Positions 19,550 to 28,433 of a DNA stretch of 64,000 nucleotides are shown piece by piece; positions within the stretch are counted from its first letter, which is position 1, and each line of letters opens with the position of its first letter. The notes under the pieces are model-generated. The model did not search any database, was not told the origin of the DNA, and was given only the letters and a program-made list of their open reading frames with translations. The translations under genes and the position numbers were made by a program. The DNA is taken from positions 12,448-76,447 of the forward strand of contig JAFGPL010000007.1 in NCBI GenBank assembly GCA_016936215.1, read 5' to 3'. Source of the stretch: Bacteroidales bacterium (GTDB lineage: Bacteria > Bacteroidota > Bacteroidia > Bacteroidales > UBA10428).

Positions 19550-20731
19550 ATGATAGCTGTTATTGCAGATGATTTTACAGGAGCGGCCGAGATAGGTGGA
19601 ATAGGAATCCGGCATGGGCTTAAGGTTGTGATTGAGACAAAATCAATACAGCACAGCGATGCCGATTTGCTGGTAATTGCTACCGATACCCGCTCATTGA
19701 ATGCGCTGCAGGCTTCAGAGGTTATGAGTGAAGTAACCAGAAAAATCCTCAAATTGAAACCGTCTTTTATTTATAAAAAACTCGATTCGGTGCTGCGGGG
19801 GAATATTTCTGCTGAATTATCTGCCCAGATGCAGGTTACCGGTAAAAAGCGATCGGTTATCGTAGCAGCCAATCCGGCGCTCAGGCGCATAATCCGCGAA
19901 GGTGTTTATTACATTGACGATATTCCCCTTGAAAAAACCAACTTCTCGAAAGACCCTGAATACCCTGTTTATTCATCTTCTGTTAAAGAGATTGTAGGTG
20001 GAAGCAACTTGTTTACTTGTCTTTCACCCCAAAGCAATTTACCGGTTAAGGGATTAATCCTTGGTGACGTTACCGGCCAGGATGACCTGAAAAACTGGGC
20101 ATCATGTATTGACGATTCCACCTTACCGGCCGGGGCTTCGGGCTTTTTCGATGCGTTGCTCATAAACAGACATATAACCGGAATCGAGGATTATTCATGT
20201 CCGGAAGAATTCGGAGAAAGAATCCTGTATATACTTGGAAGTGCATATCAAAAAAATGAACAGCAGCTTAAGACCATTGAATCAAGTGGATATGTGTTAT
20301 CAAACATGCCGGTGGAGATTTATTTCAACAAAGATTTTAATCCTGCTCTTCTTGACAAATGGGTGGATGAAATAGTGCTTGGCATCAAAAACAAAAGAAA
20401 AGTAGTTGTTTCGGTCACGCATTTTTCGAATGCCGAACCAATGCTTTCGCAAAGAATAAAAGAAAATATTGGCGTACTGGTTAAGAAAGTTGTAGGAAAG
20501 ATAGATTTAAATGAATTAATTATTGAAGGGGGAAGCACCACTTCGGTAGTGCTTAACTATTTGAATATAAATAAACTATTCCCGATTCAGGAACTTGACA
20601 CCGGGGTCATAAGAATGAAAACTGAAGAAAAAAAAGGCACTTATATTACAACCAAACCGGGAAGCTATACATGGCCGGATATTCTTTGGATGAGACAGGA
20701 TCACCGTAAATTAAACAACATAACACTATAA
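19550..20731 (+). CDS. four-carbon acid-sugar kinase family protein (DUF1537)
   Basis: The N-terminal IADDFTGA motif and two-domain length (393 aa) are typical of the DUF1537 / YgbK family. Confidence 0.85.
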   Translation: MIAVIADDFTGAAEIGGIGIRHGLKVVIETKSIQHSDADLLVIATDTRSLNALQASEVMSEVTRKILKLKPSFIYKKLDSVLRGNISAELSAQMQVTGKKRSVIVAANPALRRIIREGVYYIDDIPLEKTNFSKDPEYPVYSSSVKEIVGGSNLFTCLSPQSNLPVKGLILGDVTGQDDLKNWASCIDDSTLPAGASGFFDALLINRHITGIEDYSCPEEFGERILYILGSAYQKNEQQLKTIESSGYVLSNMPVEIYFNKDFNPALLDKWVDEIVLGIKNKRKVVVSVTHFSNAEPMLSQRIKENIGVLVKKVVGKIDLNELIIEGGSTTSVVLNYLNINKLFPIQELDTGVIRMKTEEKKGTYITTKPGSYTWPDILWMRQDHRKLNNITL

Positions 20732-20742
20732 ACCAAAATTTC

Positions 20743-22299
20743 ATGGCAGGGCTTAAGGTACATATTATTGATTTCATTATCATCATAGGTTCGCTGATTG
20801 TTCCTTTTTTCATAAGTCTTAAACTATCGGGAAAACAAAATAACCTGAGTAAATATTTCACAGCCGGTGGAAAGTTACCCTCCTGGGCCATTGGTATCTC
20901 AATTCTTGCCACCCTTATCAGTAGTGTTACGTTTCTGGCATATCCGGGCGAAGGGTTTTCATCCAACTGGATTTTGCTTGTACAGGGATTAATGGTACCG
21001 GTTACTTTGATACTCATCATTGGGTTTGTTGTTCCCCTTTACCGAAAAGCCATAAAAATAAGCGCATACGAGTATTTTGAGAAGCGGTTCGGGTTTTTTG
21101 CCCGGCTGTATAGTTCACTGGGGTTTTTCCTGGCTCATTTTTCAAAGATGGGTACGGTATTTTTCCTGATTGCCCTCGCGTTTTCAAAAATGGCAGGGTT
21201 CAATACATCCGAAATGATCTGGATAATTGGTATAATCGTCATATTCATCACCCTTCTGGGAGGTATAGAAGCAGTAGTCTGGCTCGATGTTTTCCAGGGA
21301 TTTCTTCTCGTTGGCGGGGGCATTGCGTCCTTGTTGATTATAATTGCATCCACCAATGGAGGGATAGGAACCATATGGGACATTGCTGTTGAAAATGGCA
21401 AAACAGGTTTTGGACCTTATGATATAAGCTTTACAAAACTCACCTTTTTGGTTATGGTATTGAATGGTATATTTTACGCTATACAAAAATACGGAACCGA
21501 TCAAACAATTATACAGCGCTACCTTGCTGCCAAATCCGATAAAGCCGCTGTTAAGGCTTCTTTGATGGGAGTGCTTCTGAGTGTTCCGGTATGGGCTTTA
21601 TTTATGTTTATCGGCACAGCCCTGTTCGCTTATTACCATGTTAACCCGGCTGAATTACCGGAAGGTATAAGGCCCGATGCTGTTTTTCCACAATTTATTA
21701 TGACAAAACTGCCGGTAGGGGTGGTCGGGCTTGTGCTTGCAGCCCTGCTTGCAGCAGCAATATCAAGCCTCGACTCCGACCTGAATTGCCTGTCAGCCAT
21801 ATGTGTGGAAGATTATTATATAAGGTTTAAACCCTCAAGTACCGAGAAACAGCGTATGTTTTTCAGCCGCCTGATTGTAATACTTGCTGGCTTTGCTTCT
21901 ATATTCATTGCCTTGTATTATACAAAAATAGGGGGAGAAGGGGTACTGGGGATTATATTTACCTTGTATTCAATCTTTTCAGGGGGAATTGCAGGTATGT
22001 TCCTGCTTGGAATCTTTACCAAAAGGGCCAACAAACAGGGTTTATATGTCGGCATTGCTGCAAGCGTTTTGTTTACAGCATATGCCGTACTTACTTCCAC
22101 GAAATTTGAAATAGGTGAAAAATCGGTATTGTTACTTGATTTTGGTAACTTTAACTTTACACATCATAAAATGATGCTGGGAGTATACAGCCATGTTGTT
22201 CTTTTCGTGGTTGCATATTTTGCCAGTTTTTTGTTTAAAAATAAACAGGGTACAGATGCACTGACCTATTATGGATGGAAAAAGAAGATGGCTGTGTAA
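20743..22299 (+). CDS. sodium:solute symporter (SSS family)
   Basis: 518 aa with about 13 transmembrane segments and the SSS-like pattern GGKLPSWAIGISILATLISSVTFLAYPG. Confidence 0.85.
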   Translation: MAGLKVHIIDFIIIIGSLIVPFFISLKLSGKQNNLSKYFTAGGKLPSWAIGISILATLISSVTFLAYPGEGFSSNWILLVQGLMVPVTLILIIGFVVPLYRKAIKISAYEYFEKRFGFFARLYSSLGFFLAHFSKMGTVFFLIALAFSKMAGFNTSEMIWIIGIIVIFITLLGGIEAVVWLDVFQGFLLVGGGIASLLIIIASTNGGIGTIWDIAVENGKTGFGPYDISFTKLTFLVMVLNGIFYAIQKYGTDQTIIQRYLAAKSDKAAVKASLMGVLLSVPVWALFMFIGTALFAYYHVNPAELPEGIRPDAVFPQFIMTKLPVGVVGLVLAALLAAAISSLDSDLNCLSAICVEDYYIRFKPSSTEKQRMFFSRLIVILAGFASIFIALYYTKIGGEGVLGIIFTLYSIFSGGIAGMFLLGIFTKRANKQGLYVGIAASVLFTAYAVLTSTKFEIGEKSVLLLDFGNFNFTHHKMMLGVYSHVVLFVVAYFASFLFKNKQGTDALTYYGWKKKMAV

Positions 22300-22385
22300 A
22301 AACAGCATAGAAAAATTCAGGATATTACATGTTTAAAATGTCTGATATACAAAATGACTTTAAAATTTAACTAAACACTTAAATA

Positions 22386-25300
22386 ATGAAACACTTTTAT
22401 CTGATGATTGCCCTGGTTGTATTGACTGCCGGAATGTCTTTTTCCCAGGTGAGGGTAACCGGACAGGTAAGAAACAGCGCCGGAGAGACACTTCCCGGGG
22501 TGAATGTGGTGATAAAAGGCACCAACACGGGGGCTATTACCGATATTGACGGCAAATATGTGGTGGAAGGTGTACCTGCCGACGGCATCCTGATTTTTTC
22601 TTTTGTGGGGATGCTTACAGAGGAGATAAGTGTGGGAAACCAGACCGTGATAAACATTACCCTGGTTGAAGATGTTACAACACTCGACGAAGTGGTGGTG
22701 GTAGGCTATGGAAGTGTGAAGAGGGCAAACCTTGCCGGTTCAGTAAGCGATATTAGCGCCAAAGAGTTAATAGATATCCCGTCTGTAAACCTCTCAAGCG
22801 CCCTTGAAGGAAGGTTGGCCGGGGTAAGGATCAATATTGCATCGGGTAAACCAGGTGCCTCAACATCTCTGCAGATACGTGAATCAAGTTCTTTTGGACT
22901 TATTGCAGAACCGCCCATTTATGTTATTGACGGAATAATCAGGGACCAGGAAGCATTCGATATTCTTGACCCCAGCGAGGTGGAAGCCATTTCAGTATTG
23001 AAAGATGCCTCCGCGGCAGTGTATGGTGCAAAATCGGCAGGAGGCGTGGTGCTTGTGACGACAAAAAAGGGAAAGGAAGGAAAGGTTAAGGTGAACTACA
23101 GTAGTAGTTTTGGTATAACAGAACCTATCAATATCACTGAAATGCTTTCTGCATATGAGCATGCAACCATGCTAAATGACAAATATGACATCCTTGAACA
23201 AAAAGGTGATAAATTTACCCAAAGCGAGCTTGACTATATACTGGATTCTTTACCAAATGGTGGTTATGACTGGTTGGACGGCGCCTGGAAAAACGCTACG
23301 GTTCAGCGTCATAACCTCAATTTCAGCGGAGGTTCAGAAAAGATCAGGTATTTTGTCGGGGGTAGTTATCTCGAGGAAACCGGAAATATTGAACGGGTAT
23401 ACATCAGAAAATATACGATTCGCAGTAATATTGAAGCTGAAATTTCAAAAGGGCTTACTGCAAACTTTGAAGTCAGTCTCGGAAACAGGACCGACGGTAG
23501 TCCGGTAAGCCCCTGGGACGGACAAAGCGACCTGCTTGAAGAAACATTCAGGCAACTGTTACAAAATCCCAAATGGATTCCCCCGACCATAGATGGAAAT
23601 CCTGTTTATCATCCTAACATATTACCAAGAAATCCTTATGCGGTTTGGGAAAGCGAAAGCTATAATAAAGGTGAGTCGAACAGTGCAAGTTATGTTGCTT
23701 CTTTGAATTATAAAATACCTTTCATCAAAGGTTTAAGCGCTAAAATGCAGATCAGCCAGACAAGAAATTCCGGATACGGAAAAAAATATGAACCGAAAAT
23801 ATATGCAGCCAATTACACTGCTACCAAAAATATTATTAAAGTGACATCACCATTGGATTCTGTTTCACCGGTAATTGCGATTACCAATGCACAGGAACTG
23901 GAAGAAAGCTCCGAAAGATCATATTCCTACCAGGTTAATGCCCATATTTCATATAACCGTACATTCGGAAAGCATGAAGTTAGCGGTCTGATTGTTGGAG
24001 AAGTCGGAGAAAGCAGGGGTAACAGGGTTGGCTGGAAAAGGGAAGGAGAGCAGGTGATTCCTGGTTATGACCTTTACTGGGCTTTTAGCGAGCAGGATGT
24101 TCTCCTGGCCACGAATGTTTCTGATCATGGAAGCATGGGTTATGTGGGAAGGTTGAATTATAATTATGGTTCAAAATATATTGCTGAATTTGCCTTCCGT
24201 TATGAATCTTCGACCAAATTTGCTCCCGATGAACGATGGGGGTTCTTTCCCTCCGTATTGGTTGGTTGGGTAGTCTCCGAAGAGAAGTTTTTTAAGAAAT
24301 TACTACCTGTAATCAATTTTATGAAATTCAGGGGATCTGCCGGACTACTCGGTAATGATGCCATTGGTGACTATACCTGGATGCTTGTTTATGGTCCTGT
24401 TGAGAAGCGTACATTTCTTTTTGGGGAGCAACCGGTAATCACACTTGAGCCTAAAAATGCTGCTTTCGTAAATCCTGGTGTTTCCTGGCAAAAAACCCAA
24501 TTTTATAACGGGGGCGTGGATATGCGGTTTTTTAACAACAAACTTGTTTTTACCGGTGATGCATTTTACAAGTATACCTATGATATCATGGCTTCCATCG
24601 CAACCCGTATTCCTACAACAGTAGGTGTCCCTTCCAATAGCAAAGTCGGGTTCAATTACGGGATAATGCATGCATACGGGTTTGAGCTTGAACTTGAACA
24701 CAGGAACAAATTCCCGTTTGGTATTGAATACAATATAAGTGGAAATTTTGCTTATGCAGAAGCCAGAAAGCTTAAAGTAGCACAATCACCAGGCGCTATC
24801 GGAACCTGGCATGATGAGCTTAAGACATCAGTAGACAACCAACCCGGGGCAATAAGTACCGGAATGGTTAGAACACAGGAAGAGCTTGATGATATTTTAA
24901 TGGATAATCCGAATTTTTCAATAGAGTCTGAACAACTTCAATTAGGAATGTTGAATTACCTTGATATCAGGGGAAGTGACGGTTCTGAAGGGCCCAACGG
25001 ACGGTTTAATTTCGACCAGGAAGAGGACCGCACAGTAATTGCAAGGAAAACCAGTCCACCTTTTATTTATGGTGTTTCCTTCGGCTTGCAATGGAAAGGG
25101 ATTAAAGTTGATATGACTTTTAGCGGTAAATTCGGGCATGAGGTGTTTTATGACAAAAAATCATTGGCAGTTCCTACAAACTCAAATAATGTACCTGCGT
25201 TCTGGGCTGATCACTGGACACCCGATAATCCCGATGCAGCTTTCCCCCGGGCCACAGATTATGGTCTTGTCGGGAATTACTCTACTTTCTGGAAGCGCGA

Positions 25301-25517
25301 CGGACACAGTCTCAGGCTTACCGACCTGAATGTTTCATACGCATTGCCGTCCAAATGGGGGCAACTCTTTGGGATTGAGCAACTCAGGGTATTCTTTAAT
25401 ACAAAATATCTATGGACGCTCGTTAACCCCTTTGATTATAAAGATGCTAATTTGTCAGAATACAATACTTATCCGATGACGAGGTCTTATAATTTTGGTG
25501 TAAATATCAATTTATAG
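22386..25517 (+). CDS. susC: SusC/RagA-family TonB-dependent outer-membrane transporter
   Basis: 1043 aa. Signal peptide, carboxypeptidase-regulatory-like domain (VTGQVRNSAGETLPGVNVVIKGT), plug domain, and a terminal aromatic beta-barrel signature (YNFGVNINL). Confidence 0.95.
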   Translation: MKHFYLMIALVVLTAGMSFSQVRVTGQVRNSAGETLPGVNVVIKGTNTGAITDIDGKYVVEGVPADGILIFSFVGMLTEEISVGNQTVINITLVEDVTTLDEVVVVGYGSVKRANLAGSVSDISAKELIDIPSVNLSSALEGRLAGVRINIASGKPGASTSLQIRESSSFGLIAEPPIYVIDGIIRDQEAFDILDPSEVEAISVLKDASAAVYGAKSAGGVVLVTTKKGKEGKVKVNYSSSFGITEPINITEMLSAYEHATMLNDKYDILEQKGDKFTQSELDYILDSLPNGGYDWLDGAWKNATVQRHNLNFSGGSEKIRYFVGGSYLEETGNIERVYIRKYTIRSNIEAEISKGLTANFEVSLGNRTDGSPVSPWDGQSDLLEETFRQLLQNPKWIPPTIDGNPVYHPNILPRNPYAVWESESYNKGESNSASYVASLNYKIPFIKGLSAKMQISQTRNSGYGKKYEPKIYAANYTATKNIIKVTSPLDSVSPVIAITNAQELEESSERSYSYQVNAHISYNRTFGKHEVSGLIVGEVGESRGNRVGWKREGEQVIPGYDLYWAFSEQDVLLATNVSDHGSMGYVGRLNYNYGSKYIAEFAFRYESSTKFAPDERWGFFPSVLVGWVVSEEKFFKKLLPVINFMKFRGSAGLLGNDAIGDYTWMLVYGPVEKRTFLFGEQPVITLEPKNAAFVNPGVSWQKTQFYNGGVDMRFFNNKLVFTGDAFYKYTYDIMASIATRIPTTVGVPSNSKVGFNYGIMHAYGFELELEHRNKFPFGIEYNISGNFAYAEARKLKVAQSPGAIGTWHDELKTSVDNQPGAISTGMVRTQEELDDILMDNPNFSIESEQLQLGMLNYLDIRGSDGSEGPNGRFNFDQEEDRTVIARKTSPPFIYGVSFGLQWKGIKVDMTFSGKFGHEVFYDKKSLAVPTNSNNVPAFWADHWTPDNPDAAFPRATDYGLVGNYSTFWKRDGHSLRLTDLNVSYALPSKWGQLFGIEQLRVFFNTKYLWTLVNPFDYKDANLSEYNTYPMTRSYNFGVNINL

Positions 25518-25527
25518 ATTTGCTTTT

Positions 25528-27393
25528 ATGGAAAATATTATCATAAATAAAACAACTGCCATGAGATTATGTATAATCGCAGGAGCATTAATCATTTTTA
25601 GTACCTCTTGTGAAGTACTTGACAAAGAACCCCAGAATGCAGTGCCTGAACCTGCAGTGTGGAGCACTCCTGGTCTTGCCGCAGCTTATGTAAATAACCT
25701 GTATTACTACACCATGCCCGGATTTTCAATGAAATCAACAAATGATCCTTTTGACCAGTCTGCCGAACTTGCCGATGAGGTATATTATAATGCTGGAAGC
25801 AGCTATGCTAAGTATCAGTTTTTATATGGACTGATTGATAATGAATCTGTTCCCTTTTTTGGAAGAGATACATATTCCTACATCCGGCTGATGAATATTT
25901 TTTTCGAAAATATTGAGAAGGGTACACTTGACCAGGAGACCAAAGGTTTGCTGAAGGGCCAGGTATTTTTTCTGCGGGCATGGACCTACTGGAACCTGGT
26001 GAAATTGTACGGGGGTGTCCCGATGGTGATGAAACTGCAGGAAACATTTACAAACGGAGATATTGATGAAAGCCTTTATGTAAAGCGTAACAAAACCGGT
26101 GAGTGCATTGACCTGATTGTGCAGGACCTTGATTCGGCTTATTATTACCTGCCTGCAAAGTGGGAGGAAGATGATGATTACGGCAGGGTAACACGCGGCG
26201 CTGCCATTGCCCTCAAAGGCAGGGTGCTGCTTTTCTGGGCAAGCGAGCAGTTTAACCCGCAAAAAAAATCCGAAAGGTGGCAGCGTGCATACGATGCCAA
26301 TAAATCAGCTATGGAAAGCCTTACCGAAGATGGGTATGGGTTACACCCGAGTTTCAGGGAATTATTTGAACAGTGCAGTGAAAAAACCAAAGAGGCAATT
26401 TTCGTGCGGGTTTATGATCTAAATGCAGGGACAGCATATACCCATGGTTTTGACAATGCTGTAAGACCATCTGATCAATCATCAGGAGGTGGGAGTAGAA
26501 ACCATGTTACATGGGATTTGGTAAAGGCATTCCCGATGGCAAGCGGTTACCCGCTTTATACAGACAGTGCAGGTACGACTTATGATCAGGACAGGTTTTG
26601 GCTCAACCGCGACCCGAGGTTCTATTACACCGTTGCATACAATACCGGGAGCTGGCCGTTGTCGGGAGATGATACCTATAAGGTTTGGACATATTATCAC
26701 TACAAGGAAGGAAATCTTATAAATGTAATGGGCAATTCAAAGACATATACCGGGTTCTATTGCCGAAAATTCGTGAACCCTTCAATAGATAAAGATGATG
26801 CTGGCTATGTTGCGACCGACTGGATGGAAATAAGGTTTGCCGAAATTATTTTAAACCTTGCCGAATGTGCCAACGAGCTGGATGGTAAATCGGACGAAGT
26901 ACGAGAACTGCTTTTCAAGATAAGGAATGAACGCAACGATGTTAAGGTTGGCATGGGTTATATTGACGAAAACCTTACCGACAAGACAATCATGCGTGAG
27001 ATTATTATGACCGAACGCCAGGTGGAGCTTGCGTTTGAAAACAAAAGGCATTGGGACCTTCGGCGCCGAAATATGTATGAAAATGACCTCGGCCCTAATA
27101 TTAAAAAGCTCAATGGCACCCGGCGGACAGGATGGAAAGTACTGTTAAACGAAGCAAGGGTTGATCCCGTTAGATTCCTGACCATCAGGGATGGAGTGGA
27201 TTTTAGCCTTGCACCCGTTTATAATGCTTATTTTAAGCAGGGTGTGGAAGATTCATTGGATACTCAGTATGCCATTAATTTCCCTCAGCCAAAATATAAT
27301 TTTTATCCGTTTGCCAATGAAAACATGTTAAAAAATCCCGAACTTGAACAAAACATATTCTGGGGAGGAACATTCGACCCTTATGAAGAATAA
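25528..27393 (+). CDS. susD: SusD/RagB-family outer-membrane lipoprotein
   Basis: It immediately follows SusC. It has a lipoprotein Cys (FSTSCEV) and TPR-like SusD motifs (RAWTYWNLVKLYGGVP, ERQVELAFENKRHWDLRR). Confidence 0.9.
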   Translation: MENIIINKTTAMRLCIIAGALIIFSTSCEVLDKEPQNAVPEPAVWSTPGLAAAYVNNLYYYTMPGFSMKSTNDPFDQSAELADEVYYNAGSSYAKYQFLYGLIDNESVPFFGRDTYSYIRLMNIFFENIEKGTLDQETKGLLKGQVFFLRAWTYWNLVKLYGGVPMVMKLQETFTNGDIDESLYVKRNKTGECIDLIVQDLDSAYYYLPAKWEEDDDYGRVTRGAAIALKGRVLLFWASEQFNPQKKSERWQRAYDANKSAMESLTEDGYGLHPSFRELFEQCSEKTKEAIFVRVYDLNAGTAYTHGFDNAVRPSDQSSGGGSRNHVTWDLVKAFPMASGYPLYTDSAGTTYDQDRFWLNRDPRFYYTVAYNTGSWPLSGDDTYKVWTYYHYKEGNLINVMGNSKTYTGFYCRKFVNPSIDKDDAGYVATDWMEIRFAEIILNLAECANELDGKSDEVRELLFKIRNERNDVKVGMGYIDENLTDKTIMREIIMTERQVELAFENKRHWDLRRRNMYENDLGPNIKKLNGTRRTGWKVLLNEARVDPVRFLTIRDGVDFSLAPVYNAYFKQGVEDSLDTQYAINFPQPKYNFYPFANENMLKNPELEQNIFWGGTFDPYEE

Positions 27394-27419
27394 TTACAAG
27401 CAATAAAACCAAGATTGAA

Positions 27420-28397
27420 ATGAAACGATTAATGAACAATACAATCATCTCCATAATGGTGTGCCTCTTTTACACATTCATTTTCTCATGCAGCGATGAT
27501 GAAAATGCTGAAGTGTTCAAATCCAGGCCTGAATTGCTGGGAACAATGGTCGAAATTCCTGCCGGCAGGTTTATACGTGGCAGTGATATCGGGTTGGATA
27601 TGGAACGGCCAATGGATACCATTATCCTTGACACGGCTTTTTTAATGAGCGCCACTGAAATTACCAATCTCGAATTCTGCGAATTTCTTAACCAGGCAGG
27701 GGTTGATGCAACAGGCAAGATGACAACTTTTACAAACGGTCTGCAGGCCTTGTTGTGTGCCAGTGATACCGCCAGGAGTGGAAGGTTTAACCAGGGAATT
27801 ATTCATAATGGCACTTCATGGCAACCTGTGGAGGGATTTGAATATTATCCTGCAATATACATAAGCTGGTATGGCGCCGATGAGTATTGCCGCTGGAAAG
27901 GTGGCCGCCTGCCCACCGAAGCTGAGTGGGAATATGCCGCCGGGGGTGCAAAGCTTAACCCTGATAAATATGCAGGCACCAGCGACTTCAAAAATCTTGG
28001 GGAATATGCCTGGTACAACGAAAACAGCAATGGCCAGTCTAAACCGGTTGGCAATAAAAGGCCCAATGAGCTTGGTTTATACGATATGATGGGCAATGTG
28101 AACGAATGGTGCAGCGACTGGTTTAGCAAAACATATTATCAGTTGACGCACGATTCGGCATGGTTTTCCGATCCGCAAGGGCCCGATTCATTGTATGCAT
28201 CTTTATCAATGGCTAATTCATCCGATTACTATTATCCGGGAAAAAAAGGCGCCCGGAAAATCTTTCGCGGTGGTTCATACGTGGAGCCTCAGACATCAGG
28301 TACCGAAGGCACACACCGGGTGGCATACCGCGGTCATATGTTGCCGAATATGGTATGGAACTCTTATGGTTTCAGAATGGCAAAAGATATTGAATAA
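27420..28397 (+). CDS. FGE/SUMF1 (sulfatase-modifying-factor) domain lipoprotein
   Basis: Lipobox FIFSCSDDENAE, and FGE-fold motifs WYGADEYCRWKGGRLPTEAEWEYAAGG, NELGLYDMMGNVNEWCSDW and FRGGSY. Confidence 0.8.
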   Translation: MKRLMNNTIISIMVCLFYTFIFSCSDDENAEVFKSRPELLGTMVEIPAGRFIRGSDIGLDMERPMDTIILDTAFLMSATEITNLEFCEFLNQAGVDATGKMTTFTNGLQALLCASDTARSGRFNQGIIHNGTSWQPVEGFEYYPAIYISWYGADEYCRWKGGRLPTEAEWEYAAGGAKLNPDKYAGTSDFKNLGEYAWYNENSNGQSKPVGNKRPNELGLYDMMGNVNEWCSDWFSKTYYQLTHDSAWFSDPQGPDSLYASLSMANSSDYYYPGKKGARKIFRGGSYVEPQTSGTEGTHRVAYRGHMLPNMVWNSYGFRMAKDIE

Positions 28398-28433
28398 TAT
28401 AAAATTGAAATATACACTTTAAAACAGGAGTTT

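Noticed and set aside
27420-28397. Interpreting the FGE-domain gene as evidence for a sulfated-glycan locus
   Set aside because: No sulfatase motif-bearing ORF was recognised anywhere in the window. All neighbouring CAZyme-like genes point to pectin, and the protein has a surface-lipoprotein-type signal.
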